Shown here in pieces: positions 1 to 14,361 of a stretch of 64,000 nucleotides of DNA (its first letter is position 1; each line of letters starts with the position of its first letter). The notes under the pieces were generated by a model. The model was not told where the DNA came from. It saw only the letters and a list, made by a program, of their open reading frames with translations, and did no database searches. This stretch comes from Octopus vulgaris (Eukaryota). The DNA lies in NCBI GenBank assembly GCA_951406725.2, contig OX597836.1:37944001-38008000 (forward strand). The letters are read 5' to 3'. Made by a program: the position numbers and the translations under genes.

Positions 1-349
1 AAGTTTAGTGCTGGTATTAAACCGGGAAACATAGTAATCCAAAAATAAAAACAGTTCTCTCTGTTTCCGTCTGTCAGTAATTCACTTGTAAACTTCAACA
101 CGAAGCTATCCGTGTCAATACTGACTGAATTATTATTATTATTAAGGCCACGAGCTGGACGAAATGCTTTGTAGTATTTCGCCAGTCGCTACGTTCTGAG
201 TTCAAATTCTGCCGTGGTCGATTTTTGCTTTTCATCCTTTTGGGGTCGATAAAATAAGTACTAGTTGTGCACAGGAGCCGCTGTGATCGGTTTAGTCCCT
301 CTCTGAAATTGCTGGCCTTGGACCAAAATTATTATTATTATTATTACTT

Positions 350-810
350 GCTGACCCTGCGCTATCAAAAATGACGGCTAATTCTAGTATTCTATTTATA
401 AATATGGCTGGTAAATCAAGTTAATACATTTGTCAATGTTATTTCATGGTTGTCTTTTGAGATGTGACATCCATCATCGTTTGTTGCAGAATGAACGCTG
501 GTTCACACATGCAAACATTCACACATACACACACACATTCATATAGCTCCCTTTTACACACACACACACACACACATACTCAGAGTTGAAATGTTCTCAC
601 TATTTAGTTTGCCATCACCCCTTACTTATTCATCTACCATCCCTTTCTTTCTCATTCATATGTAGTGACGGATAAAAACACCCGAGTATTATTATAGTAG
701 ACAAGCTGACCCCGTGCCGTCAAAAATGATGGCTAATTGTAGTATTTTATATACAAATATGGATCGTAAATCAAGTTAATACATTTGTCAATGTTATCTA
801 GTGGTTGTCT
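350..810 (+). repeat. ~105-bp direct repeat (350-455, 705-810), possibly the ends of a Helitron/Helentron-type non-autonomous element
   Basis: gctgaccc..tcaaaaatga.ggctaatt..gtaaatcaagttaatacatttgtcaatgttat occurs twice; the family call is inference. Confidence 0.55.
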
Positions 811-1207
811 GGATCTTTTCGGTTTGAACGGCAGTTTTTTCTAGCGGTGTCACCCATAATTATGACCCTAGTATCGATCTATTGCATTTCTATTTGTTTT
901 AGGGTTAGGGTGGGGGGGAAAGGTATCTTTTTTTCTTCACAAATGTAAATAAACCCAATCTGTTTCTTAAACGAGGGACATATTCATACGGCACACAATG
1001 TTTTTTACCTCAATGGACGTCATTGATTGGTTGAAATTGCAGAAATTGAAGAAAAAAACAACAAATATCTTACAAAGTATAGAATTTTCTCAATAAAGCC
1101 AAGAGAAAAGGATGTTTTATAAACACATTCTACCAGTATACGAAGTTTAAAAGTGTTTAGTTACGTGAAATTATTTTAAAAATCTGCCGTTCAAACCGAA
1201 AAGATCC
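811..1207. mobile_element. GGATC-family MITE, short-TIR form
   Basis: TIR ggatcttttcggtttgaacggcag / ctgccgttcaaaccgaaaagatcc; body shared with the 9749, 18384 and 59035 copies; no TSD seen here. Confidence 0.85.
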
Positions 1208-1448
1208 CGATATAATCAACTAAACCTCTGCCCCTATAATTATTGCTGGCCTTGAGTCAAAACTTGAGACCATTATTTTTATTGATGTTTTGATTTCATT
1301 AAATATTTATGATTTACGAATACCTCACTCCTAAATTCAAGTTAGGCTCTCACATCGTGTTGTCGTTTTGTAACAGGTCGGCCACGATTGTGTAAGACTT
1401 AAATCAAAGATGTTCTCGTGGTTATCAACCCATACCACAGCTTTTATC

Positions 1449-1654
1449 TTTTTACTTGATTCAGTCATTTGACTGCGGTCATGCTGGGACACCGCCCAAA
1501 AAGAATTTTAGTCGAATAAATTGTTTAAGCCTTGTGCTTATTCTACCGGTCTTTTTGCCGAACCGCTAGCTTACGGGGACGTAAATACACAACACCGGTT
1601 GTCAAGCAGTGGTGGGGGACAGACGCAGACAGACAGACACACACACACACACAC

Positions 1655-1692
<38 letters not shown>

Positions 1693-1827
1693 CAGGCTTC
1701 TTTCAGTTTCCATCTAGCAAATCTACTCACAAGGCTTTGGTCGGCCCGAGGCTATAATAGAAGATGTCATGCACTGGGACTAAACCTGATATCGTGGTTG
1801 GGAAGGAATCTTTTTAAACACAGCCAG
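1449..1827 (-). mobile_element. SINE family A, diverged copy
   Basis: cagtcatttgactgcgg..gacaggcttctttcagtttcc..aaggctttggtcggcccgaggctat. Confidence 0.8.
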
Positions 1828-2479
1828 ATGGAGACAGTGTTATCTAATGATGAGTTTCTCCTATGGAGTAGGGTTGTGAGCGCAAGCATAGCTGGCGGGG
1901 CGGGAGCTACACTTTTAATGGAACACCACTTGTGGGTCTACTGTAGGCAATATGTGTTTTTTGTGGGGGTCTGGGGGCGGCAAACGGAAAGGCTTCCCCA
2001 AGCAGCACACACTCTAGCTACGCTAGTGGTTGTGGTTGTGAGGAGTGAAATAGTGAAGCGCAAAACTGCTTTCATTTGTTTCATTTGTTGCAGGATTTAG
2101 TCGAAGGAACTCCAGTACTTATTATTTTAAATTGGGTACTTATCCCACTGGTTTCTCTTTTGCTGAACTATTTAAGTTAAAGGGACGTAAACAAACCAAC
2201 AGTGGTTGTCGAGAATTGGTGGGTGGACACAGACATACTACACACACGCACATAAGCATATATAAGAAATTACATCACTTGTTCCTATATACGTTTCATT
2301 GGTGTGGTTGTTAAGAACCCTGCTTGAATGTTTCGAGTGCAATTAGATGCTCAACCACGACTTCTCATCAGGAAACACTTTATTGCATAATGTTAGAGAA
2401 CTAATCTCGTGTACGTGCCTATGTGTGTGTGTGTGTGTGGGGGGTTATGTGTTATATATATATTTATAACATTTATATA

Positions 2480-4400
2480 TATATAACATTATGCAATAAG
2501 GCACCACGGTCAGACGGTAGGTGATAACCTATGCTATAATCATCTGCACCACCTCCGCCTTTCCTAGCAAGGATAACGCCCGCCCAGACCAGGTCTGGGT
2601 TAGAGCAGTCACCTTGCTGGCCACCTCACTCCAATTTTTCTCTGTCTGGAGGTCTGACCCGAACTAGACTCCGAGCAGCTTAACAGGACCTTCCGTCCAA
2701 CGCCCCACGACGTTATTGGACAGCATCGGCTTACCCCTCCAGGTGCCGAGCTGCAAACCAATTAATCTGTCCTTGTTAACCTTTGCTCCTGCCACCGCCT
2801 CGTAACTTTTGATAGCCTCTTCTACCACTGGAAGCTGGCCCTCATCCACCGTAGCTCCTCTTCCACACCATAGATCATGCGGTGCGCCCCCTAGTGCCTC
2901 CAACTTCCGCAATAATGGCTCGAGAGCCAGTACATACAAAAGCGGGGACAGGGGACACCCTTGACGCACTGAGCGCTCGATCCTGAATGGCTTCGAAAGG
3001 AAACCATTCACTTTTACGATGGACTCGACGTCGCTATACAACGCAGCAATCAAACCGCGGAAGGTCGGGCTCAGGCCAGCCTTCTCGATGACCGCCGCCA
3101 AGTACCGATGGTCGACTCTATCGAATGCTTTAGACTGGTCTAAATGTATCAATGCCCCCACCCCTGCGCCAGTAAGCTTCCTCACCCTCTCTAAGGAGTA
3201 GCGTATAAGGTGGAGATTGTCGTGAATCGTCCTGCTCGGAATAGCGCACGTTTGCGCTTCCCCGACAAGTTTGTCCACGACCCGCGCCAACATTTTCGCT
3301 AGAACCTTGGCCAAAATCTTTAACTCTGTGTTCAGCAGAGTTATGGGCCTGAAGTTCCCTATCTCGTCCCCCTTGCTCGGGTCCTTCCTGATCAACGTCA
3401 CCACCCCCCGGCTCGCAGACTTGGAAATTCTGCCATTCTGCTGCCAATTGGCGTAGACGCTGGCCAGCAGTTGCCCGAACAAGTCTGGCATAGTTTTGTA
3501 AACATTCATAAGGCAGACCATCGAGACCCGGCGACTTCTTCCCGGGGCATTCGCCCAATACCTCGATTACCTCCTCGGCTGTGATTGGTCCTCCACAGCA
3601 CTCAGCCTCTCATGCCGAGAGACGCGGGCCGCCAGACAGGAAGTCCCTAAGGGCCTCGCCATGATCCAGTGCCCCGCCACTCCCAAACAACTCAGCAAAG
3701 TGCTTGTGAATCGCCTCACACATCTCATCCCGTCCATCGACCGAACTCCCATTGTCATCCACGAGAGACCTAATTGTGGCATCATTGCCATGCTGGGTTT
3801 CTACCGTACGGGCCCATCCGGCAACATTAATTCCCTCACGGCCCAGTGCGCGCACTTTAGCCCGAACTCTGCACTCCTGATGTTTGGCTTTGAGGTGACG
3901 GTCGAAAGCCGTTCTCGCTGTCAAAATGTGAGATGCAGGGCCCAACCTCAACGCCTCCTCTAGGTCCTTAACTAGTTGCCCTTCTATTCTGGCCTTATCT
4001 AGTCTTAGCTGACGGCTAAACCTAATAGACTCAAAACGAATGACTCTCTTCAAAGCGAACCACCATCGGTTATTAACCACCGCGCCGGTTAACGCCCTCT
4101 GTACTAATTCCTCAATCCCGATACTGTATGCCTCGCAAGTCAAAATAGACTTGTTCAGATTCCAGTAGCTGGATCCTCTCTTAACTGTACTATCTATGTC
4201 CAGTCTACACTTAACAACCATTCTATGGTCAGTGTATGCTACTTGGACAAGCTGTGAACAGCTAAAACTAAACTTATCTCCAGTTCTTATCACTATCCTA
4301 TCTTAACAGGACTTGAACCTTCCGTCGCCACTCATCCAGGTCCACTCTGGGACGTTCGGACGGTCAGGTCTGTAACGATCTGTTCTTCTCTTCAGATTTT
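2480..4400 (-). mobile_element. Decayed non-LTR retrotransposon ORF2 (APE endonuclease + RT), Tx1/L1-like
   Basis: Fragments across frames: TDHRMV and SYWNLNKSIL (EN end), KSPGLDGLPYE, FRPITLLNTELKILAKVLA, DQSKAFDRVDH, RQGCPLSPLLY; frameshifts, and the YADD segment is missing. Confidence 0.9.
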
Positions 4401-5197
4401 CAACACTAGGGGAGGGTGAGATCTTTATATCCCCACCCTCCTCTTTCATTCTCTCAAAAAGCTCGGAGAGCTTCTCCATTTCTATAACAATATTTTTAGA
4501 AGATTCAGCGGTTACTGCGCGAACTGTTTTGCTGGCTCATGCAGCTGGTTCGTTTCTTGGATTATTTCGACCGACATATTCGTTCGAAATAAATGATACA
4601 CAATTTAATCCCAGAAAATGGGAAACCTATAATTTTTCACTTTTTTTTTTCTTCTTAACGAGGACAACAGTTCAAATCCCACCCCTGCTAAGAGGCGAGA
4701 CGTAGCCACAAAGCCTACAAAGTTCGAAATTATTTTTTTTTTTAACACAATAATAAAATATAGAATCCCAAAAAACGGGAAACCTATAATTTTTTCCCCT
4801 CTTAATGAGGATAACAGTTCAAATGCCCCCCCTGGAGGGGGTGCACGACAATAAAGCCTACAACGGCTTAAATAAGTTCAATATTAGTAATATTAATAAG
4901 TTCAATATTAATAATTCCAATATTTCAACAATTACTTTCTCCCCTCACCGGGAAAAGGCACAAAAACATTCAAAGTCCAACAATGTTCAACGTTTCGAAA
5001 ATATTCAACAATAGACAACACTTCCAATAGAAAAAATTATCTACGTGCAACAAAACGTTTGACTCGCCGCCAAAAAAACACGTCTGTCTACGACAAAGGT
5101 AAGCAAGCTACTTACATCCACTCTTGCGCCTATATATATGTTGTATATATATATATAGTTATATATGTATGTACATAGATATATATGTATATATTAT

Positions 5198-5538
5198 GGA
5201 TGCGCAATGACCCAGTGGTTAGGGCAGCGGGCTCGTGGTTATAGGATAGTGGTTTCAATTCCCAGACCGGGCGTTGAGTGTTTATTGAGCGAAAGCTCCA
5301 AGAGGCTCCAGCAGGAAGTAGTGGTGAACCCTGCTGTACTCATTCACCACAACTTTCTCTCACTCTTTCTTCCTGTTGCTGTTATACCTGTATTTCAAAG
5401 GGCTAGCCTCGTCAAACTCTGTTTCACACTGAATCTCCCCAAAAAATCCGTTGTCTGTGGAGTGTTCAGCTACTTGCACGTTATTTCACGAGCAAGCCGT
5501 TCTGTTAATCAGATCAACTGAAACCCTCGTCGTCGTAA
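5198..5538 (+). mobile_element. tRNA-derived SINE, third family
   Basis: Head with tgacccagtgg (A box) and gtttcaattcc (B box); unrelated body ending ccctcgtcgtcgtaa. Confidence 0.6.
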
Positions 5539-5920
5539 TACGAGTAGGTAAGCTCGGTTTCACCCGGTCTGTTTGGATGATGTGGCTGTGATCGTTTTCG
5601 GTTAGGCATAATCTATAACAGCGTTTCTCAACCTTAGCGTTTCGGGTCCCCTGTTTCGATTGGAGCCTCCAGCTGTATGAAAATTTTCTGACTCCCCACC
5701 GCCTTGTTAGAAAACAGCTTCAGGAAATGTGAAGAACGAATTTGTACGTAGTCTGTTTCTGAGAGCTATTCTATTGGACTCTGTCTAATCATTAAAACAT
5801 TGATCTAATTATGAACATAGAAAGAAATTATACATTAATCCCTATTTTTGTAAGCAGCTGTATCTGTAAAAAATTTTATTTGCAGAGCGCAGAAATTGAA
5901 AGAAGATATGTGAAATGGAC

Positions 5921-5952
<32 letters not shown>

Positions 5953-7019
5953 GCGTGCGTGCGTGCGTGCGTGCATGCTTGCGCGTGTGTATGTGAGAGA
6001 GAAAGAGGGTGAGAAAGTGAGATAGAGTGAGGGAATGAAGGCGTGTGCCGTGATGATTGACGTCTTTTAAGGTACACACACATACATAGAAAATGTGAGG
6101 TCATCGTATAAAATTTTTACGATAGTTAATTTATGGAAAATATGTTAAAGTTTTGAAATGCAAATATGTGAATGAAAATTAAGTTCCGACCTCTACATGG
6201 TAGGTAGACCTGGTGCAAATAACAGCCAAATCTCCCTCAAAACACCCTAGTATCTTAATTCTGCCTATTATGTAGTTTGAATGAGAAACTGTAACTAAAG
6301 ATTAAGATTGTTAACCCCACAAAGAGGTGAAAGAAGAGAGACAGCACATTGAAAGTTTTGGTTGATTATCATCCTGTACTCCCCTTGTTGCTAGCGAAAT
6401 GGTATATGCCGGCTGGTTGTTTCAATGGCGGAACAAACAGGGGAATTCCATTAGAAAAGTTTTAATCGATTTTCTCGGTAACTATGGGGGCTATGAAAAA
6501 AATACAAACCGCATTCCAATCTAGGCACCCGTCTCCACATCTGTGCCATTTTTCACGCGAATCCACCCAGCCGTTTGGCTGTGAACCTCAAGACAAGAAA
6601 GAATACAACGATCGCCCATGTCCAATTTATATTATAGATATATATGTATATAATATGTATTTAAATATATAATAAAGGGTAAAATCATAAATGATGTATA
6701 TGTATACAGTCCTGTTATTATTATTATTGTTTTTTGTATTTATATTCGTGTGGCATCGTCCGTTTTTCTGTCCTTGTTTCGTATACATTCGATTCTTTTT
6801 CCAAGAAATCTAATGCTCGTAGCTTAGTTTTTCCTTGGGGCTGGCCGTATCGGAGCGATCTCAAGATTAATCAGCCGAAATTGCGAGGATGATCCGGTTC
6901 TTAACTGAAGATTAGAGGCTTCGAATGACCCGTCCGTTTTTTTGTGTCGTCTATTTGAATGTTTTGCGTTCTTGTCCCATTTTGTATTTTATATATATAT
7001 TTCTTATGCATATATATAT

Positions 7020-7680
7020 ATGGCTACGTTGAGGCCCAAATATTCTCAAGTTTCACTGGTCCTACTCCCGAACTATACGGCCGTTATATTGACGACTGTA
7101 TCAGTGCGACCTCACTCTTCCGCGAACATCTAGACTCCTTCCTCTCTTTTGTCAAATCTTTCCATCCTGCCCTCCACTTCTCCTGCACTATCTCTGACAC
7201 CTCTGTCTCCTTTCTTGACATTTCGGTCAGCATTCATCACTCCACTCTCACCACCTCCATCCACTACAAACACATAGACTCATACTCATACCGCAACTTC
7301 TCCTCCTCCCACCCTCCCAACCCGGCTCGGTCCCCTGCTCTCGCCCACGCTGTCACACTTGACCTTACCTCTCCAACACCATTCTCCTCACCAGCACCCA
7401 TCATCGACCCTATCACATCACCGACTCCTTCACCTGCACTTCTACCAATGTCATCTGCATTTCCTGCTCTCTCTGCCCTTCTCTATACATCAGGCAAACG
7501 GGACACCTCCAAGACGTCCGACTCGACAATGACACCCCAGTCTCACACCGTTTCCACTCTACCAGTCACTCTTTGCAACACCTGTCTGTGTTCGGATTGT
7601 CCTTGCACAGGAGCCATCCGGACTCCTGTTTGCGCCGTGAACAGGGATTAATCTTCATTCCTTTGGGCCACATGGGCTCA
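7020..7680 (+). mobile_element. Penelope-like element fragment (RT C-half plus GIY-YIG remnant), internally deleted
   Basis: YGRYIDDCI, VSFLDISVSI, TSIHYK..DSYSY.NFSSSHP; a downstream frame gives HITDSFTCTSTNVI.CISCSLC. Confidence 0.8.
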
Positions 7681-8470
7681 ACTCTCCTCCCCTTCCCTCT
7701 CCCCTCCACCCACTTATCTTCTCTTGCTCTGACTCCTAATTCTCTTCACTCCTACTCTCCTCACTTCTTTTCACTCCTACCTATATTTTCCCTTCCCTCA
7801 TAACCCCACCTTCCCTATGCATCCCATTCCACCCCATCCCTCACACCCACTCCCACATACCCCACCTCTACCCCCACCCTCAGCCTACCCACATACCCCT
7901 AACCAACACCCCACACTTCCTTTCCCTATTCTTGCCTTCCCACTGCCCAACACCATCATACCACACCACACACCACTACGCCAGACATCGCCATATCACA
8001 CTACACAACATCACATCACACCACTACATATGCACACATGCACATGTCAAGGTCACCAGCCCTCTTCCAGACACACATACATACTCTCTTATACACTTGC
8101 ATGCGCACATTCGTTTTGGGATCACCACTACTTTATTATCTTCCCTTCTTCCTAGCTCTCTTGTGCGACTCCCTCTATCCGGCATTCACCATGATGGATC
8201 GCTAGCCACTACACATTCTTTATTTTCTCTCCTTATTTTTATACACCATCTGTCTTCACCTTTGTTTTTTTTGTGATTTCTCCCCATATATATATATATA
8301 AACATACATATATATATATATAAATATGTATATATATAAATATGTATATATATATTAATATGAATATGTATATATATATAAATATGTATATAAATATATA
8401 TATATGTATATACATGTGTGTGTATATGTATATATATGTGTGTATATATGTATATGTATATATCTATATA

Positions 8471-8515
<45 letters not shown>

Positions 8516-9748
8516 AAAGTGGGAGACTGTGAGAAAGCTCACATATTATATATATTATATAATGCATGTCTGTATTTGTGTTTGAAAACTGGTGTTGGTT
8601 TGCTTATGTCTCTGTAACTTAGTGGTTCAGTTTTAGAAATCAATAGAATATGTACCAGACTGAAAAATAAGTACTAGGGTTGATTTGTTTGATTAATCCC
8701 TTCCTTGTGTTGTCCCAGCATGGTTGCAGTCTGAAGCAAAGAAAAGATAAAGGTTTACCAGTTTCAAATGAAACCCAATCATTTAATTCAAATATTTGTT
8801 TTTTCAATTTTGTTTCACAAGGTAATTACTTCGTATGTGGTGCTCTAGCTTGGATGATTAAAACAAACAAAAGTACATGATACTGAAATAAATTCCTCAG
8901 TCTCTTATTATTACATTGTTACTACTACTGTCTCTTTACATTCTGAGTGCAAATACCGCGAGGGAAACTTTGCCTTTCATCTTGTGAGAGTCGATAGAAT
9001 AAAGTACCAGTCAAGTACTAGGGTCGATATAAGCAACTACCACCACCCCCAATGGCTGGAATTGGACCAAAATTTAAAACAATTAATACACATCTCTTAT
9101 TCCAAACAGACTCACGGAACTTTTCTTTTCTTCAAAGGTCTTTGTTCGCGATGTCAGTAAGTACACCTATCAACAATATACCAAGTTAAATCATTTTTAC
9201 CATTATAGCAATGTGGGTGTCCTTATGTGTATGTGTTCGTGTGTGTGTGTGTGTGTTCGTGTGTGTGTGTTCGTGTATGTGTGTGCATAGGTAGGTCAGT
9301 GGTTATATAGATATTGTATAACATTCTTGTTGCAGTATAAGTTTTGTGTGAGAATTTGTAGTTCAGTGCTCACACACACACATATATTCTTACTTTAATT
9401 CGTTTGAGTTTGTTTAAACGATTATGTGCAAACTGGCGTGGAATGTAACTTTAGAGTTGAGATTTCATTGGACCAAAAAAAGAAACAACTTCAGGCTACC
9501 AAAAAAAAAAAAAACCAACTTTATGCTTTTAATGATCATAACAGCAGGGAACCATACCTTCCAAGTCTCTGTTCCAGAGAAAATTGGTTTGATTGTTGCC
9601 TGTTCAAGAAAACCCACCCACACAATTTTATCGTCTAACAAACCCTAACTCCTGAAACATGGTTTACTTTGACCTAAAAGAAACTTTTAATACGAATCAC
9701 CAAGGAACAGCAACTACATCTTCTACAGTTCATATCCTGCCATTTTTT

Positions 9749-10164
9749 GGATCTTTTCGGTTTGAACGGCAGTTTTTCTAGCGGTGTCATATGAGATTGT
9801 CTCCCATAATTATGACCCTAGTATCGATCTATTGCATTTCAATCTCTTTTAGGGTTATGGTTAGGGGTGGGGGGAAGGGTATCTTTTTTTCTTCACAAAT
9901 GTAAATAAACCCAATCTGTTTCTTAAACGAGGGACATATTCATATGGCACAGAATGTTTTCCCCTCAATAGACATCATTGATTGGTTGAAATTGCAGAAA
10001 TTGAAGAAAAAAAGCAACAAATATCATACAAACTATAGAATTTTCCCAATAAAGCCAAGAGAAAAAGATGTTTTATAAACTCATTCTACAAGTATACGAA
10101 GTTTAAAAGTGTTTAGTTACGTGGAAATTATTTTAAAAAACTGCCATTCAAACCAAAAAGATCC
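9749..10164. mobile_element. GGATC-family MITE
   Basis: Same TIRs; 8-bp TSD catttttt on both sides. Confidence 0.9.
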
Positions 10165-11800
10165 CATTTTTTTATATAACATGCACAGTGCTTTGTTTAA
10201 CACCATCACCTAGTTCTTGGGTCTTTGTTTAGTGGAGTTACCTTTTTTTGTAAACATTCAAACTAAACCATCCATTTCCTCCCCACTTCGACCATGATTT
10301 TCTTGCACACACTGACTTTATTTCTTTTTTTTTTTTTTAAACTTGTATTGCAATTTGGGAATAAGTGAACATGTTGGAATGTTCAAAAGAGATTATTTCT
10401 TTCTCCGAGGAAAGACTTTGCCTGAAACATCAGGATGCTCTTCTTACTACATCATTATTCTTTTACTTGTTTCAGTCCTTAGACTGCGGCCATGCTGGAG
10501 CACCGCTTTGAGGAATTTTAGTCGAACTAATGAACCCAAAAACCAAAATATAAAAAAATTGTATGGTTTAAGGGTTATTTAGCTGTTATTTCTCACAACC
10601 ACCTGATACCATCCTCGTTTCTTTTTCACTCTGACATATAGATGTTTTTCAATATCTTTTTCCACATAAACACATTTAATGGTCTATTGCTGGAATTTAA
10701 GCAAAAAATTCAGACTGATATTTTTCTTTTAAAAATTGAAAAATAAAAATGAATTTTAAAAAATTTCGAAAAAGAAAATTCTGTTTTTCATAGTGGTATG
10801 AATTCCTATATGTAGAATACAAATTCGTAAAAAGTTTCTGAAAATTCCAAAAAATATTAAAATAATAAGAGTTCTTAAGGGATGCTTAAAGCAGAATTCT
10901 GCCTGTCTGCCTTCTCAATACCCTCACCAATGAGAAACACTAGTTGACATAGTTTTACTTCATAAATCAGTAACTCACGTGTGATGTTATTCCATATAAG
11001 TATATATAATATATTTTACACAAGTGAAGTCGAGACAGATTTCCTTCATTAGAGATGAAGCTTTACGGGTGACGACTTCTTCCACAATAAAGATAATAAA
11101 TATCAATATTGTTCAGTTGATTCATTGCTGTTCTGGTTGTAACTTTCTAAAGTTCCTGGAAATACTTCTGTTGGTAGGAAAAAATTCAATGGTTCATCTC
11201 AAAGCCACACTCGACTTCCCTATGCTACAGAATATCACATATCAGAATACCGAGTATAGGACAACTATGGAAACAGGCATGAGTATGCCTGTGGCTTACG
11301 ATTGGCTGAAATTACCCAAAATTTTCAAACTTTTTAATAGCTAATAATTATTTATTGATTTATGGCGAAAATGATCTTCATGGCATTGATTAGCATATAA
11401 AAGTATATCATTACACTGAATATGAAATCAATTCGAATAGAAATTGAAGAGATTGAAAATTGGCAGCCAAACAGAAAAGATCCGAAGTTGCAGTACTGTT
11501 ATAAACATGTTTCACAGTACTAGGATACACTCCTTTAAGTTCTCAGTTCAAATCCAGATCAGATCGATGTAATTTTGTTATATTCCGTGGTTGCTGAAAT
11601 TTATTTACTGGGATTCACAAATAAGCGGAATTACTTTATAGCTAAAAATAAAAAAACACTTTTATTAGGGGAGCCATCATCATTATCGCTGTGTGTTACT
11701 GTGTGTAACTAGGGGGAAAATCATTTGAAATCTATACCTGTTGGAACAAGAATAAACATTGCCACATAAAACCGATTGCTTTACCATTTCGGTCAAATTA

Positions 11801-14361
11801 TCACCCTTAGTTAAAAACAAAATTAAAAAAATGCTTTCCTACTCTTTACTCGTTTCAGTCATTTGACTGTGGCCATGCTGGAGCACCGCTTTTAGTCGAT
11901 CTAATTGCCCCCAGGACTTATTCTTTGTAAGCTTAGTACTGATTCTATCGCTCTCTTTTATCACCCTTAATTAAAAACAAAATTAAAAAAATGCTTTCCT
12001 ACTCTTTACTCGTTTCAGTCATTTGACTGTGGCCATGCTGGAGCACCGCTTTTAGTCGATCAAATCCACCCCAGGACTTATTCTTTGTAAGCCTAGTACT
12101 TATTCTATCGGTCTCTTTTATCACCCTTAATTAAAAACAAAATTTAAAAATTGCTTTCCTACTCTTTACTCATTTCAGTCATTTGACTGTGGCCATGCTG
12201 GAGCACCGCTTTTAGTCGATCAAATCCACCCCAGGACTTATTCTTTGTAAGCCTAGTACTTATTCTATCGGTCTCTTTTATCACCCTTAATTAAAAACAA
12301 AATTAAAAAAATGCTTTCCTACTCTTTACTCGTTTCAGTCATTTGACTGTGGCCATGCTGGAGCACCGCTTTTAGTCGATCAAATCCACCCCAGGACTTA
12401 TTCTTTGTAAGCCTAGTACTTATTCTATCGGTCTCTTTTATCACCCTTAATTAAAAACAAAATTTAAAAAATGCTTTCCTACTCTTTACTCGTTTCAGTC
12501 ATTTGACTGTGGCCATGCTGGAGCACTGCCTTTAGTCGATCAAATCCACCCCAGGACTTATTCTTTGTAAGCCTAGTACTTATTCTATCGGTCTCTTTTA
12601 TCACCCTTAATTAAAAACAAAATTTAAAAAAATGCTTTCCTACTCTTTACTCGTTTCAGTCATTTGACTGTGGCCATGCTGGAGCACTGCCTTTAGTCGA
12701 TCAAATCCACCCCAGGACTTATTCTTTGTAAGCCTAGTACTTATTCTATCGGTCTCTTTTATCACCCTTAATTAAAAACAAAATTAAAAAATTGCTTTCC
12801 TACTCTTTACTCGTTTCAGTCATTTGACTGTGGCCATGCTGGAGCACTGCCTTTAGTCGATCAAATCCACCCCAGGACTTATTCTTTGTAAGCCTAGTAC
12901 TTATTCTATCGGTCTCTTTTATCACCCTTAATTAAAAACAAAATTAAAAAATTGCTTTCCTACTCTTTACTCGTTTCAGTCATTTGACTGTGGCCATGCT
13001 GGAGCACTGCCTTTAGTCGATCAAATCCACCCCAGGACTTATTCTTTGTAAGCCTAGTACTTATTCTATCGGTCTCTTTTATCACCCTTAATTAAAAACA
13101 AAATTTAAAAAATGCTTTCCTACTCTTTACTCGTTTCAGTCATTTGACTGTGGCCATGCTGGAGCACTGCCTTTAGTCGATCAAATCCACCCCAGGACTT
13201 ATTCTTTGTAAGCCTAGTACTTATTCTATCGGTCTCTTTTATCACCCTTAATTAAAAACAAAATTAAAAAATTGCTTTCCTACTCTTTACTCGTTTCAGT
13301 CATTTGACTGTGGCCATGCTGGAGCACTGCCTTTAGTCGATCAAATCCACCCCAGGACTTATTCTTTGTAAGCCTAGTACTTATTCTATCGGTCTCTTTT
13401 ATCACCCTTAATTAAAAACAAAATTAAAAAATTGCTTTCCTACTCTTTACTCGTTTCAGTCATTTGACTGTGGCCATGCTGGAGCACTGCCTTTAGTCGA
13501 TCAAATCCACCCCAGGACTTATTCTTTGTAAGCCTAGTACTTATTCTATCGGTCTCTTTTATCACCCTTAATTAAAAACAAAATTAAAAAATTGCTTTCC
13601 TACTCTTTACTCGTTTCAGTCATTTGACTGTGGCCATGCTGGAGCACCGCTTTTAGTCGATCAAATCCACCCCAGGACTTATTCTTTGTAAGCCTAGTAC
13701 TTATTCTATCGGTCTCTTTTATCACCCTTAATTAAAAACAAAATTTAAAAAAATGCTTTCCTACTCTTTACTCGTTTCAGTCATTTGACTGTGGCCATGC
13801 TGGAGCACTGCCTTTAGTCGATCAAATCCACCCCAGGACTTATTCTTTGTAAGCCTAGTACTTATTCTATCGGTCTCTTTTATCACCCTTAATTAAAAAC
13901 AAAATTTAAAAAATGCTTTCCTACTCTTTACTCGTTTCAGTCATTTGACTGTGGCCATGCTGGAGCACTGCCTTTAGTCGATCAAATCCACCCCAGGACT
14001 TATTCTTTGTAAGCCTAGTACTTATTCTATCGGTCTCTTTTATCACCCTTAATTAAAAACAAAATTTAAAAAATGCTTTCCTACTCTTTACTCGTTTCAG
14101 TCATTTGACTGTGGCCATGCTGGAGCACTGCCTTTAGTCGATCAAATCCACCCCAGGACTTATTCTTTGTAAGCCTAGTACTTGTTCTATCGGTCTCTTT
14201 TATCACCCTTAATTAAAAACAAAATTAAAAAATTGCTTTCCTACTCTTTACTCGTTTCAGTCATTTGACTGTGGCCATGCTGGAGCACTGCCTTTAGTCG
14301 ATCAAATCCACCCCAGGACTTATTCTTTGTAAGCCTAGTACTTATTCTATCGGTCTCTTTT
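11801..14361. repeat. Tandem array, 16 copies of a 160/161-bp unit (SINE tail plus ~40 bp flank)
   Basis: Units start at 11801, 11961, 12121, 12281, 12441, 12601, 12762 ... 14203; near-identical, no spacers. Confidence 0.97.

Noticed and set aside
7573-8276. Pro/His-rich ORFs
   Set aside because: C-rich low-complexity sequence trailing the Penelope-like fragment
11801-14361. CRISPR-like array
   Set aside because: Units are near-identical along their whole length with no unique spacers, they derive from a SINE, there are no cas genes, and the context is eukaryotic
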